From assembly GCA_036785375.1 (NCBI GenBank), contig JAWMAR010000028.1, forward strand, positions 6,696,001-6,760,000: a stretch of 64,000 bases of DNA. Reading direction: 5' to 3'. Of this stretch, positions 12,140-26,100 are shown piece after piece. How positions within the stretch are numbered: the stretch's first letter is position 1; every line of letters begins with the position of its first letter. The notes under the pieces were generated by a model that was not told the DNA's origin, did not search any database, and saw only the letters and a list, made by a program, of their open reading frames with translations. Source of the stretch: Leucoraja ocellata (Eukaryota). Both the position numbers and the translations under genes were made by a program.

Positions 12140-13340
12140 AGCAGTATAGGACTACAGTAGACTCCTTCATTACCACATGTACTTCACCATTAGAAAATGC
12201 ATGCATGAGTGCTGGAACAGCGAGATATCACTCCTGGATGAGCCTAACGCATTCTACGCATGTTTCGAAAGGGAAAATACTGATGTGCCTTCTTGGGGCC
12301 CCATCGACTTGGTTGGTATTATAATTTCAGTCACCGAGGCCGATATCAGACAGGCTGAACTCTCAGAAAGCATCTGGAACTAATGGTGTAACTGGTCGCG
12401 TTCTCAAAACCTAATGAATATAGGAGGTAGATCGATCATTTGATTGAATGGGCCTGAACAACAACTTTGCTCTGAATGTCCTTAAGACCAAGGATTTTAG
12501 AAGAAGAAGGCCGAGGAACAACGAACCTGTCTTCGTCGACAGGTCCAAAAATAGACACAAAAAGCTGGAGAAACCCAGCAGGTCAGGCAACATCTCTGGG
12601 GAAATGAAATAGGTGGCATTTCAGGTCAAGATCCATCTGCAGATTGAGAGTCAGGAGAAAGGGAATATATAGATGATGAAAGGGAGAGATATACAACAAA
12701 TGAATGAAAGATTTGCAAACAAGTAACGATGATCAAGGAAGGATGGAGCCCACAATGTCACAAGACAGTGAAACTCATCAGGACGACAATGAAACTGGTA
12801 CACGTCATCGGCAGGTCGGAGGGAGCCAACAACTTCAAGTTCCTGGACATGCCAATCTCTGAAAATCTGTCCTGGGCCCAACACATTTATGCTATCATAA
12901 TGAAAGCTCATTAACACCTTGTTAGCTCAATGTAAAAAAAATAAAGAAATTAATTGTTCTGAAAGGGGTAGTAGGGAGAATACATGCCAGTTTCATTGGT
13001 GGGCTGGTGGTGGAAAGTAGGGTCAGATTCAAATTTCTGGCTGTTAACATCTCCTATGAACCGTCCAGGTACTCAACCTGGTCCACAATGAACAAAGCCT
13101 TCCCCTCAATCAAAGCATCTACATGAAGGCTGCATTTTTCATCCAGGATCACTGCCATCCATGCTATGTCTTCCAACTGCGACAATCAGACAGGATGTGC
13201 AGAATCACTAAGGTTTGGGAACAACTACTTTCCTGCACCCATCAATTTCTTGAACCAACCCAAATCCTAGCTCAGTGAAGGATTACCTCATGCACTACCA
13301 TGAAATTGTTCTTCTCATTGTTTTTGCACTGATATCTTGT
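12140..13340 (+). mobile_element. Degraded Rex1/Babar fragments (with hammerhead-type unit ~12550-12650)
   Basis: LLDEPNAFYACFE, NFALNVLKTK, FKFLDMPISENLSW..H motifs, all broken. Confidence 0.6.
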
Positions 13341-13354
13341 TGCAGTTTTTGTCA

Positions 13355-13720
13355 ATAGTTAATTTTATTCGTCACATACACCCGAAGGTGCAGTGAAATG
13401 AATTTGCCAGTAGGGGTACAATTAAAAAAGAACACACAATAAGATTCAACACAAACATCCACCACAGCATTCTTCACCGAGGTGGAAGGGACAATGTTCA
13501 GTCAGAACTCCTTGATCACCGGTGGTCGGGGGCCATAAAACCCTCCGCAGTTGTCACTCCGGACGGCCGGATGTACAGGCCCTCTCGTCGGGACCGTCGA
13601 ACACTCGACGGCTTGGAGGTCCCGAATCGGCACTTTCTTACCGGAGTCCGCGGATTCAGGATGTTGTAGGCCAGTAGTTGGAGCTCTTTTCTGGCTATCC
13701 CCGGCGAGGATGGTAAGTCC
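13355..13720 (-). repeat. Non-autonomous GC-rich retroelement fragment (same family as 34700-35550)
   Basis: Shares ACACAAACATCC(C)ACCACAGCATTC and ACCCTCCGCAG blocks with 34795-34895. Confidence 0.5.
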
Positions 13721-14569
13721 ACGTTATCTTTTATGTTATGTTTTGCATGTTGCTTGAGTCTATGTGCCTGTGATGCCTCTGCAAGCATGTTTTTCATTGT
13801 ACTGTACTTCATCATACATGCGTATATTGACAGTAAATTTGACTTTACAATGGAACCTCTTGAGATTCAGAAGAATTTCTATTATTATTATTTAGATCAT
13901 TTGCATGGCTCTTGTACCTGATGTGATTGGAGCGTGGATTTTCATGTATACTAACAGAAGTATTGGATAGCCTTTCACACCTCTCAAACCTCTCCTGGAT
14001 CCATCCCTCTAGGCATTACTGTACGAGTCGTGGCTGCTTTCAAGAAATGCTCATTAGGTAATTCTCATGATTCACCAACAGCTGTGCACCAGTTCTAGTC
14101 ATAAACGGACAGGCTATTAATCAGGTCTCTTATGAGCATATGTGTGCAGTCAGTGTTTGCCTGCATCATGGAAGCCAGCAGTGTTAGCAAATCTCAGTGC
14201 TTGTGGTGTCACTTTCTCCTCACTAAAGCCAGAGTTGATGGGATGTTTGTGAGGAACGGGCCTCAACTGGTGGGCCTCAGTTGGTGCAACGATTTGACAA
14301 ATACAGTCTGTAGTTGCTGCTTGAAATAATCCACTGACCACCAAGCTGATATTCAATGTCACCTTGACCTTCAAGGAGAGAGCAGAGTAGTCACAATATG
14401 ACCTATAGGCTTTCCACAGAATTTCATATATTTCTGTGAATGCCATTGGATGAGTCTGCTGTACCTAGACTCAATCTGATTTGCAATGTATGCATAGACT
14501 CGTGCCTTCAAAAATCTGAGCCTGTGCATGCACATCAGGTAAGTAGGCGTGGTGTCTCTGAATGCAGTT

Positions 14570-14725
14570 TATGAGATTGAAAGATGCAGCATGGAAACAC
14601 GCCCTTTGGCTTACTGAGTCCATGCTGACCATTGATCACCTGTTCACCCTCGTTTTATGCTATCCCACACTTTCACATTCACTACTTGCAAACTAGATGC
14701 AATTTACAGCAGTCAATTAACCTGC
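14570..14725 (-). mobile_element. V-SINE/HE1-like 3' fragment
   Basis: Reverse complement of the tail of the SINE at 41195 (CAGCATGGAAAC..GCCCTTTGGC..AATTAACCT). Confidence 0.55.
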
Positions 14726-15271
14726 ATCACTTAGTCAGTATCAAAACAACATCTCTGGTATAGAGGCAGCAGCTTTACCTACTACGTCACAGTGCCACTC
14801 CAAATCCCACTTTGGAGATAGGGTTTTTTCAGATGGACAAATTTTTCTCAGAGGAGTCTTCCATTGTCTCCTTAATTGCCTGCTTCCAGTGGTCTGAGCA
14901 ACTTTCTGAATCAGTTTTGATTCTATTTGTCCAGAAGCACAATGCATATTATCTTCATTACATAACAATTCCAAGGAATACAAACTCAGGAGCACCAGCC
15001 TTGATGTAACCAATCAGACGGCACTTCTACTCAACATTCATGAGGTAAACGTTGCCCACAAATTGTTGCTGCTGTACCACACTGTCCTTCAAAAATATAA
15101 ATTCACGTCAAGACCCTGAAAAACACGGATTACTTTCCCTAATTGACCTCTGATTGCTGCAGTCTGAGGTTCTCACCTGCTTTAAGAGGGCTTCAACAAC
15201 ACTGGTGCCCAAGAAGAGTAAGGTGACATGCTTCAATGGGACTGGTGGCACTAAGTGTTGAAATGCTTTGT

Positions 15272-16128
15272 GAAGGTAGACAAAGATGCTTGAGAAACTC
15301 AGCGGGTGAGGCAGCATCTATGGAGCGAAGGAATAGGTGATGTTTTGGGTCGAGACCCTTCTTCAGACATGGGGTGGGAGGCGGGAAGAAGAAAGGAAGA
15401 GGCAGAGACAGTAGGCTGTGGGAGAGCTGGGAAGGAGGGAGAAAGCAAGGACTACCTGAAATTGGAGAAGTCAATGTTCATACCGTTGGGGTCTAAACTA
15501 CCCAAGCAAAATATGAGGTATTGCTCCATCAATTTGCGGTGGGACTCACTCTAGCCGTGGAGGAGGCCCAGGACAGAAAGGTTGTATTCGGAATGGGAGG
15601 TGGAGTTGATGTGCTGAGCCACAGGAAGATCGGGTTGGTTAATACGAACTGTGCGGAGGTGTTGGGCGATGCGATCGCCAAGCCTGCATTTGGTCTCACC
15701 GATGTTGAGCAGTTGACACCTGGAGCAGCAGATGCAATAGATGAGGTTGGAGGAGGTGCAGGTGAACCTCTGCCTCACCTGGAAAGACTGCTTGGGTCCT
15801 TGGATGGGGTCGAGAGGGGAGGTAAAGCGACAAAGGTAGCATTTCCTGTGGTTGCAAGGGAAAGAACCAGGGGAGGAGGTGGTTTGTGTGGGAAGAGATA
15901 AATTGACCAAGGAGTTACGGATGGAGAAAGTGAGGTCTAGAAGTGGTAGGGAGATGTTGGAAATAGTCCAGGTGAATTTGAGTGCCGGATGGTAGTGATG
16001 AAATGGATGAAGTCAGTGAGTTCTGGATGGATGCAGGAGGTTGCACCAATGCAGTCGTCAAGATAGCGGAGGTACAAAGAAGCAGGCATAGCTAAGGCGC
16101 ATGCTCGTGCCCATAGCTACTCCTTTGA
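15272..16128 (-). mobile_element. Penelope-like element, internally deleted
   Basis: GSFPCNHRKCYLC, FTCTSSNLIYCICCSRCQLLNIGETKCRLGDR (GIY-YIG), RT remnant RYLDDCIG. Hammerhead-like core CTGAAGAAGGGTCTCGACCCAAAAC at ~15342-15366. Confidence 0.9.
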
Positions 16129-16129
16129 G

Positions 16130-16560
16130 ATGTTCGTTATGGCACATTTCAACTCCTACATCAACAACGACCTGAGCCAAATGTACCACCACATTAGGTC
16201 AATGGAGGATGCAATCTCGCTGGCTCTCCATTCTGCACTGGACCACTTGGTCAGTAAAACATATATGAGAGGCTGTTGTTCACGGACTACAGCTCGGCAT
16301 TCAACACCACCATCCCCTTCAAACTGGTTACCAAGCTCGGGAACTGGGTCTCTGCATTCCTCTACAACTGAATCCTCAACAGCAGAACTCAATCAGTACG
16401 AATTGGCAGCAACACTTCCAACACTATGGAACATAATTCTACTCCATCTTTAAATTTGCTGAGGGTGCATATTGACCGGTTGGTCAGAAGCATATTGGGA
16501 GGTAGGAACACCCAGGAATGAAGAAGATTACAAAAAGTGGTGAACTGCCCAGTCCATAAC
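16130..16560 (+). mobile_element. Rex1/Babar RT fragment
   Basis: [27 protein letters not shown] motifs. Confidence 0.75.
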
Positions 16561-16599
16561 CACCCATTCATTCAGGTATGTTGGGGACGCCACATAATT

Positions 16600-16830
16600 T
16601 GTGTGACTAGCGTTAGATTTCTGAAACAGGCCTGCTATTCTGCTCTCTAACATGAAATAAAGGGAAGCAGGTGATTGAGGAAGTTTCAAGGATATCCTCA
16701 AAATGTCCTTAAAGAAATGCAACACCTCCACAAACTCCTGGGAATCCCTGGCTCATGACTGCTCAAAGTGGAGGAGAATTTGGGATGGTTTTGAGATTCG
16801 TAAAATCCATGCATTGAGAGCACACACAAA
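16600..16830 (+). mobile_element. RTE LINE 3' fragment
   Basis: FKDILKMSLKKCN..SWESLAHDCSKWRR, a typical RTE C-terminus. Confidence 0.65.
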
Positions 16831-18337
16831 CCTTGCACATGATCACCAGCAACAATGTGTTTCTAACTACTATTAACCTCTCCTCTACTACTCCTCAGCC
16901 TCTTTGGCTACCGCCCATCCCATATGTGGCAGAGTTTGCAATTCTCCATCAGTCTCATTTGCAACAGCCGATGAGATTTTTCCAGCAGTTAATTGTTGAG
17001 AGTACTCATTCAATGCATTTCTCAGAGATGACACTGCTGGAAGCATAGTCTTATTACAGACCTCTGGAAGGGCGTGTAAAGGGCAATTGGCAAAGATATT
17101 CATTTTCTTAGGCAGTCGCTCTGAAGCAAGAATGACTCAATTCCTCTAAACAACTGTTGCATTTTTTTCAAGGAGTCTTTGAGAATGTTCATAAATCTTT
17201 TCGTTTGACAGCCTGGTCAATCTCATTACATGGCAGAACTGAGAATCGCGTCTGTTCCATGACTGATGTCAGGCATGCAAGCAGTATTTCTCTTGTTCTT
17301 CTGGTGGATTTTGAGTGTTTTACTTCACTTTAGAACCACAAAATCTGTGTCAAAGCAAATAATCCTTGATCTTAACATTTTGAATCATGTATTGTGTTTT
17401 TGTATCTAATTTATGATGCTCTTGTAAGTAATATACTAAGCTTTTATATGTATTTTATGGTGTTTTTATATGCAATGTATTTTATGTAAGGTCTCTTATC
17501 TGGACCTTGAGTCTGAAATAAAGTTTAATAATTAACACTGCTTGAGGGAAGAGATGAAGAATTGTGCCATCTGTCCTACGTCCACTCAATATTCCCTAAG
17601 TGGCCTGCCACACCTATCCTGAAGCCTCCAGTAATGGTGTTCTGCCAGCAGTGTTATTTTTGAGAAATGTACTGAATGAGTAGCCCAGCAGTCTAACTGT
17701 TGGAACAAAACACTCCCTGTTAGTTGTTGCATGCTCTGTGGATGTTGGATGCTGCTTGATCAATCTGTACTCATCCTGAGACTGCCAAGCCAGATCTCTC
17801 GATGTCGGTAGGAATTGTTTTTAAAAAATAGAAAAAGCAAAATCATGACATGTTATGCTTCCAACTTTGTCTAGATTGCTCCGTGACAGTTGGCGTGCAG
17901 AACATTGAGTTTCAATTTGTTTAAACTCCAATTTATGTTGATACAAGTGGAGACTTAAGTTGTGCAATGGATGATGTAATTAGCTGTGCCCCTGACACCA
18001 TAAAACTGGTTTATGTGTGACTATAGACAGATGGAACTGCAGATGCTCATTGACAAAGAAAGACACAAAGAGCTGGAGTAACTCAACGGGACAGGCAGCA
18101 ATCCTGCAGAACATGAATAAGTGACGTTTCGGGTTGGGATCCTTTTGAAATTTTGCTTGGACCATTTATTTGTTTCTGACAATTATTGCATAATGGGATT
18201 TATTCTGCGTTATATTGATTTTGGATAACCCTAGAGAATACGTCAGTACATGATACTATTTAATGTTTTTTTCCCCATATATTTCTACAACACAGAAGGA
18301 AGCCGTTTCGTTCATCAGCTTTATCCAGCTCTTAGAG

Positions 18338-18500
18338 CAGGGGTCGGCAACCTTGTTCTGTATAGGGGCCGGACGCATGTCTGCGAGCGGATGGCGGGCC
18401 ACATCTATCACGTGTACACATGGATCTCGCCCCGGATGGCAGGCAAAAAAAGTCACGTGCCACATAGATCCCGCCCTTCGAGGACGCACTGGCCAAAGAT
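18338..18500 (+). mobile_element. hAT (Charlie-like) non-autonomous left end
   Basis: CAGGGGTCGGCAACC terminus preceded by TTAGAG. No right end found. Confidence 0.5.
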
Positions 18501-18866
18501 CATCCAGCAAGATACTCCACTATGCAGTAAATGCACTATGCAAAATATGCAGTATCAACAATGCCAACCATTTGCACGAGTTTGTAACTGAAGGTGCTGG
18601 GTACAAAGGCAAGGAGGTTTAGTTGAACTTCCTTAAAACATTGGTTTCAATAAGGCTGGGATATTGGGCACTGCACTGTACAGCGCGAAAGCATGGCAGA
18701 GAGCGCAGACAAGATATACCAGAACAATGTAGGAAGGAACTGTAGATGCTGGTTTACATCGAAGATAGACGCAAATTGCTGGAGTAATTCAGCGGGACAG
18801 GCAGCATCTCTGGAGAGAAGGAATGGGTGATGTTTCGGATCGAGCCCCTTCTTCGGTTTTTCATAC

Positions 18867-19120
18867 CGTATCTCCCGGCAATGAGGACGCACCTGCGTCG
18901 AAGACGCACCCCCATTGTGAGTTGCTAAATTTTGAAATAAAGCTGGCGGGACACGATTAAGGGTTTGGTTTAGTGCCCAGGTCGGCTGTCAGGTCTGGCT
19001 GTAGCGCCCAGGTCGGCTGTCAGGTCTGGCTGTAGTGCCCAGGTCGGCTTGCTTGGCCCAGGTCTGGCTGTAGCAATAATTAAGTGTGTCAATTGTTTTG
19101 GCAATAATTAAGTGTGTCTT
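18867..19120 (+). mobile_element. Tc1/mariner-pogo-like MITE left end with ~30-bp internal tandem repeats
   Basis: TA|CCGTATCTCCCGGC..GACGCACC terminus. GCCCAGGTCGGCTGTCAGGTCTGGCTGTAG repeated about 3 times at 18975-19072. Confidence 0.5.
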
Positions 19121-19440
19121 TTCAAGCTGTGTTGCCCCTAAGTTTCTCACTTCGATGAGGTAAAATCACTTGGTGTGAACTTATGTTACACACCCTTTCT
19201 CAAAAACCAAATGCTTCATTATATAAGATTCAATTAAACTTTTATTGGTAATCTAACTATCTCTACAATGCTAATGTTATGTACTAAATTTACTTTACTG
19301 TTGTGCAATTTCCTTGCTTGAATATTCCAAACTGAGAATTCTAAAATGTACTTTTTTTCAAAATGCATATACAGCGCTGCCTCGCTGGGAGCCAGCTCTG
19401 ATCTCTTTCACTAGCTGACTGACCAGGAGAGGCCAATCTT

Positions 19441-20502
19441 TAAAAAAAAATTCAAAATAATCTTTATTCAGGTAATAAATATATCTAATACATGAACTAT
19501 GCACAAAATTCATCCGACATTTTCGGAGGCTTTACAAAATATTCAATACAGTCTCAATACATTGCTCAAATTTATCTCCCACCCTTGCCACTCATGTGGC
19601 CCGCTGGCGTGGAATCCCTTCCCTTATTTTGAGGGGTGTCTCCACCACACCCTGCCCCTCATGTCGAGCAGCGGAAGGAACCTAGACTGTGGTCCTCCCC
19701 CCCCCGAGCCTTGGCGTTGGCTGCGCCAAGCTTCAGTGTGACCCTGAGCATGTACTCCTGCAGTCTGGAGCGGGGCAATCGGCAACATTCCCCGAAGAAC
19801 AAACTCGCTCCGCTGGATGGTGAACAATGCTCAGGCAGACCAAACAGTGTCTTTCACCGAGTTGATGACCTTCCAGCAGCACTCGATGTCTGTCTCTGAA
19901 TGCGTCCCTGGGAACAGTCCGTAAATCACAGAGTCCTCTGTATCGGAGCTGTTCAGAATAAACCATGACAGGGACCCTTGCAGACCTCTCCAGACTCTCT
20001 TTGTGAATCCACACTCTGCAAAGAGGTGGGCAACCGTCTCCACTCCATAGCAGCCGTTCTGAGGGCAGCATGCACTGGTAGTGAGGTCCCGACAGTGCAG
20101 GAAGGATCTGACTGGGAGGGCTCACCTCATCACCAGCTAAGCCAGGTCTTGGTGCTTGTTGGTGAGTTCTGGCGATGATGCATTTTGACAGACAAGCTGG
20201 GCAGTCTGCTCTTGGAACCATGCCACAGGATCCATGGAGTCATTTCCGTGCAGTGCCTGCAGGACGTTCCATGCTGACCACTGCCCAGTGGTCAAAGGTG
20301 TTGGTCTAGAAGAACCTTTCCACGAATGATAGATGGTGCGGCAATGTCCAGCTGACTGGCACATTGCATGGCATCTGCGCCAGGCCCATCCTTCACAACA
20401 CCGGGGACAGGTAGAACCTCAGCAGGTAGTGACACTTGGTGCCCACGTGCCTTGGGCTCTAAGCTCCGCCTGATGCAGCCACACACGAAGGTGTCCATCA
20501 AG
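19441..20502 (-). mobile_element. Tx1/L1-clade LINE 3' fragment
   Basis: ETVAHLFAECGF.KRVW..LQGSLSWFI..DSVIYGLFPGTH..CCWKVINSVKD.VWSA (zf-RVT C-terminus). AATAAA at 19463-19468. Confidence 0.85.
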
Positions 20503-20728
20503 CTAGGGTGAACTCAAGGGAGAAGCCTGCGTTTGAAGAGTAGGACTGAGCTGCCAGGACAACCCTGATATTGCCAGCATCACTACATACATCCTGATTA
20601 TGAGCGACAGCATCCGTTTGCTGTCTTGGACTTTCTTACCAATGTAAATAAAATAAATCATGTGAGTTCACCTTACTGTTAGTTTTGGCATGGTCACAAC
20701 AAAATTCAGCTTCATCCCAGACGCCACA
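20503..20728 (+). repeat. LTR-like end, same family as 10270-10666
   Basis: GACTGAGCTGCCAGGACAA motif, TGAGTTCACCTTACTG, AATAAA, ends GACGCCACA. Confidence 0.6.
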
Positions 20729-20772
20729 TGTTTTTGTTTAGCTTTTCTTTATGTTTGAAAATTTGATTAAAT

Positions 20773-21310
20773 CTAAGTGGGACCCGTTGGGTCCCTGTCA
20801 CATGGGAGGCCTGGTCCCCCAACGCAACCCATTCCACACAAAGCTGGGGCTGATGCAGAAAAGCTACAGGTGGATATTAACAATTGGCCGCTCGCGGCTG
20901 AAGGCACCCACAGAGCGCTGCAGCCTTCACACACAAAAGCCTTCCTGCACCGTCGGGACCTCACTACCAGTGCATGCTGCCCTCAGAACGGCTTCAGGGC
21001 AGAGAAGCAATAGGTGGATCTTGGCAGGCAGGTCTGGCTCGCCATGGACTGTTGACGGGTAGGTCTTGGCAAGCAGGCCTGGCTACCCCAGTGGGGATCT
21101 CTCTATGCAGGGATTCCCCCCTCTACATCGGGAACCTGGGGTGGAGGGTACTACACTGAGGAGTCCTTTACAACCAGTTTATCTCATAGTTCAGACTCGC
21201 CAGCCACCTGACACTTTTGCGGGCTGGAAGAGTCTGTGTTCCACATGTCTATGCAGTGTGTGAGGTTGCAGCCCCTGTTCCAACATCTAAAGGGGCTGCT
21301 CCTTGGCTTC
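20773..21310 (-). mobile_element. Helitron-family fragment (same 3' end as 61660-62563)
   Basis: CTAAGTGGGACCCGTTGGGTCC..GGGAGGCCTGGTC..CCAACGCAA shared with 61666-61720. Terminal CTAG is decayed and the far boundary is uncertain. Confidence 0.55.
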
Positions 21311-21334
21311 TAGCTGAACTTCTTACCCACTATC

Positions 21335-21730
21335 CTCATCTTTGAACACCCTGTGCGTAGGGGATAGGGTAGGGCCGAAGATGTCCTGGTTGGGTTGGGC
21401 CTGGCCAAGCTGGACATCCGTGAGTCACGGCGCCAGGCGGAAGAGGGCTCTGCCCGAGCTGGCTGCCTGCCCCTTTTCTGGGGTTACGTCTGCACCAGAA
21501 TGGTACATGAGAGGGACTACGCGCTGTCCATGGGCGCCCTGCGGAATTTGCAGCACCGTTGGACACCATGTGGGGTGGAAGTCATCCTCGATGGGGATTG
21601 TAATATAGTTATATAGTAGTTCATTTAGAGTATTTGTTTGACTCGTACTATGCTGGTGGGTTTTGTTTTGTTTTATTGTGTACTATAATTATTATTTTTT
21701 ATAATTGATTAAATTATTTTTGATTAAAAC
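21335..21730 (+). mobile_element. Tx1-clade LINE 3' end
   Basis: IFEHPVRR..EDVLVGLGLAKLDIRESRRQ..CLPLFWGYV..RW C-terminus followed by AT-rich 3' UTR. Confidence 0.7.
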
Positions 21731-22168
21731 ATTTAAAAATCAGGCCTGGCTCACTGTTGCCAAGGACCGACAATGGGATGATCTCGGCAAGCAGGCCTGA
21801 TTCACCGCCACCGCATTTTGACAATGGTGGATCACATGTTCCAGATTGCTTCCGGCGGACCGTCAACGAAGGACCTACCAGTAGGACGGGTAGGCCCACA
21901 CACTATAGATTCCAAACCCGGGACCGAGCCACTGGCATTGACCAAGAACGAGGAGGGACAGGAAGAACAAAGGGGGCATGGCATGGCCGCTGGGAACAAG
22001 AGGGGGGGGGGGGGGGGTCCGACATGGGGGAGCCGACGAGAACAAGAGGGACTTGTGGTAGTGGTGGGAGACCAACGATATCTAAGGGTACTTTGTGACT
22101 TTCTCTGTGCCTTGTGGTGAGTTTTTTGTGTGCTGTGTATGCGAAAACAAAGAACTTCACTATCATGC

Positions 22169-22668
22169 GTTTGAGGAAGACTGAGCCACTGGGACAAAAC
22201 AGACCAACAGTGACACCATATAGTCAAGACTCAAGCCATGAAGATGCTCTACACAGCCATTGCCCCTACTGAGATTAAGTGTGAGTGACCCGGGCAAGAT
22301 TGAGATGCCAATGGACAATGAGGGACTGAGATCACACCCAGAGGCAAAGACTGAACCACTAGGGTAATCTAGAGACTGCCAGTCCGGCTTCTTCAAGCCA
22401 AAAGCTGAGCTGCCAGAATAAAACTTAGATTGCCAGGATAAAGCTGAGACCGCCAGTGCCTCATCTCAAGGCAAGCATGAACTTCAGGGAGAAGCCTGAG
22501 ATCGCCACGTCTCCTTCAAAGACCAAGACTGAGTTGCTGGGTCAAGCCCGAGAGCTCCAGTTTCACCACACATGCGCACAGACAGTGAGAGACAGCCCCC
22601 CTGGACTTTCTCACCTCTGTAAATAAAATATATATGCGAGTGTCAGTGTGGTCATCTCCGACGCCACA
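22169..22668 (+). repeat. Solo LTR-like sequence (Mag-type family of 10270-10666)
   Basis: Repeated GCTGAG(C/A)..GCC..AAGCC units, TTGGACTTTC, AATAAA, ends GACGCCACA. Confidence 0.55.
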
Positions 22669-23129
22669 TACTTTAATAAAAAATTAAAAAGTAGAAATAT
22701 TTTTTTAAATGGTGAATGATATACATTTTTAGAGAAAAAAAATCCACATTTTCGAGGATTTTTCTTGAACATTTGGCATCCATGTACATGACCCACTGAG
22801 GTGATAAAGCATGCAAACCAGTCTCTCCAGATATGCTGCCTCACCCGCTGAGTTACTCCAGCATTTTGTCTACCTTCAAACCAGGCAAATGATACATTTG
22901 TAGTGGCCTGGTCAAGGTCAGGAAAAGACCGAACGCCAGGCGGATTCAAAAGAAGCTTTTTAATTCCAACAGTCCAAGAACACACACCGCCACTCTTATC
23001 TCTACCCCTCGGGAGTCGACCGGTAAACCCCGTGGCAGACCAACGCCCCTTTCCCTCAATCGGCGAGGGGGATGATCCAAGCAGTGGCCAACCCCCCAGG
23101 GATCGCCACAGGACCCCCCCCCCCAAGTA

Positions 23130-26100
23130 CCCGAGGTACGAAACGGACAGGACGGCGTACACGGCGGCCAGACCGGGTGCACACTACGCTCGGACCCGGA
23201 ACAGGCGCCTGATCAACAAGTGCGGGGTACGAAGTAACCAAAGGAGGAGGTACCCAAGACAGAGGCCGCCCTCGCTTACGGGGCAGTGCTACCAGCGCCG
23301 GCCGATCGATATCGATATATGCTGGCTTCAACCGCGCAACTGAAACAGTCTTCCGCCGACCAGGACGAACGTCGACGAGCCCTGTTCTAAGACCCGGAAG
23401 GGACCTTCGTACGGCCGCTGTAAAGGTGTCCGATGTGCATCCCTGTGCAGAAAAACAAACTGGCAGTCCTCCAGAGCAGAGGGAATGTGCGGACGGAAGG
23501 ACCCATGACGAGAAGTGGGCACCGGCGCCAGCTTGCCCACCATCTGCCGAAGACGTTGCAGAGCTTCTGAAGGCTGCTCCACCTGGCCTCGTGTCAACGG
23601 GATGAACTCCCCAGTCACCGTTAATGGAGACCCATACACCAACTCAGCGGAGGAGGAGGCCAAGTCCTTGGGTGCGGTGCGTATCCCCAGCAAAACCCAC
23701 GGTAGAGCGTCTACCCAGTCTGGGTCAGTGAGCCGCGCCCTTAGGGCACCCTTAAGCTGTCGGTGAAACCATTCCACTAGGCCGTTCGACTGCGGGTGGT
23801 ATGCTGTCGTGTGGTGCAGAAGTACACCCAGGAGGCATGCCATGGCCGACCACAGCTCTGACGTGAACTGAGGCCCCCGGTCGGATGTTATGTCCAGTGG
23901 AACCCCGAACCGGGCGATCCAGTGCGCCAACAATGCTCGAGCACAGGTAGTTGTGGTGGAATTCTGTAGCGGAATGGCTTCAGGCCACCGCATGAAACGG
24001 TCCACAAATATATACGTCATGCCCTGGGACGACGGCAGCGGCCCCACGATGTCCACGTGAATGTGGTCAAAACGTTTATGAGCAATGGCGTGTGCACGTG
24101 TCGTTGCACCTTGGCGGTCTGGCACGGGATGCAAGTGCGCGCCCAATGTCCAACCTCCTTCCGCAGCCCGTGCCACATAAAGCGGGAGGCTACCAGGGCC
24201 GTTGTTGCCCTGATGGAGGGATGCGCAAGACCATGGAGCACCTCAAACATCCTGCGCCGCCAGGCGATCGGGACGATGGGTCGCGGAACTCCAGAGGAGA
24301 CATTGCACAACAGCGTGGTACCCCCAGGACCACAGACAACGTCCTCCAACTGTAGGCCCAAAACTGCTGTACGATAGGCAGCCATCTCCTCGTCGACCAG
24401 CTGAGCGGCTGCCAGGTCGGAATAGTTGATCCCCTCACCGACTTGGAGAACCGCATGGACTGCAGGTCTTGATAAGGCATCGGCCACCCTGTTAAATTTG
24501 CCCTCAACGAACCGGATGCAGGTGGTGTACTCGGACACATACACCAACTGCCTCTGCTGCCGGGCAGACCACGGGTCTGATACCTTGGCGAACGCGAAGG
24601 TTAGTGGCTTGTGGTCCGTGAATGCAGTAAATGGTCTCCCCTCCAGAAAATAGCGGAAATGGCGTACGGCGTGATACAGGGCAAGGAGCTCACGGTCGAA
24701 GGCGCTGTAACGACGCTGTGGTCCACTGAGATGCCTGCTGAAGAAGGCAAGTGGCCGGCAGCAACCCTCAATGACACTGCTCTAACACTGCCCCAACCGC
24801 AATCTCCGAAGCATCCACCGTCAAGGCGGTCGTGGCATCCTCTCGTGGGTGGACGAGCATTGTGGCCTCAGCCAGTGCCTGCTTAGCCCTCTCAAATGCC
24901 GCTGTTGCTTCCACGGACCAATCAACCTTCCTGCGATGACCAGCAATCAGGTTGAAAAGCGGACGCATGACCGCAGCCGCTGACGGCAGGAAGCGGTGAT
25001 AGAAAGTGACCATTCCCACGAATTCCTGCAGGCCCCTAACTGTGGTCGGATGGGGGAACCTGCGAATAGCATCCACCCTGGCCGGCAGAGGCACCACCCC
25101 TTGTTCAGTCACGCGGTGGCCGAGGAAGTTGATAGCCGTCACCCCGAAACAGCACTTGGACGCGTTTATAGTTACACCGAAATCGCTGAGGCGCTGACAC
25201 AGTTGACGGAGGTGGCTGCAGTGCTCCTGCCGCGAGCGACTGGCCACGAGTATGTCGTCCAGGTACACAAAAACAAAGTCCAATCCGCGGCACACGCAGT
25301 CCATAAGCCGCTGAAAGGCCTGCGCGGCGTTCTTCAACCCAAAAGGCATCCGCACAAATTCGAAAAGTCCAAATGGTGTGATAATGGCCGTCTTCGGGAT
25401 ATCGTCGGGGCGGACTGGAATTTGATTGTACCCTCGCACGAGGTCCACCTTGGAAAATACGGATGCCCCAGCCAAATGGGCATTGAAGTCCTGAATGTGC
25501 GGGACCGGATACCTGTCGGCGACGGTCGCATCATTCAGGCGACAGTAATCGCCACATGGGCACCAGCCCCTGTCCTTCTTAGGGACCATGTGGAGCGGTG
25601 AGGCCCATGGGCTATTGGAGGGACGCACGATGCCCATCGCCTCCATCTGGCGGAACTCCTCCTGAGCTAGACGGAGCTTGTCTGGGGCGAGACGACGTGC
25701 CCGGGCGTGCACAGGTGGGCCAGTAGTGGGGATATGGTGCTCCACCCCGTGCTTCGGGGTGGAGGAGTGGAAGTGGGGTTCGAGAATGCCAGGAAAATCT
25801 GCCAGGATACGCGCGAAAGTCGCATCCACGGATGACAGAGGGCCATCAGGGCGTACTACAGGATCACCAGTACGGAGGAAGACTGGCTCCAGCGTGACAG
25901 AGTGCATCAGGCGCCGCCGCTTGACATCCACGAGCAGTGAATGGGCTCTAAGGAAGTCTGCGCCCAGCAGCGGCTGGGAAACGTCTGCAATGACGAACCT
26001 CCACGAAAATGAGTTGCGGCCAAAGTTGAGGGGAATGGTGCGAAACCCGTAGGTGCGAATAGCACTCTCGTTTGCCGCGGTGAGGAGTGGGCCTTGTTTG

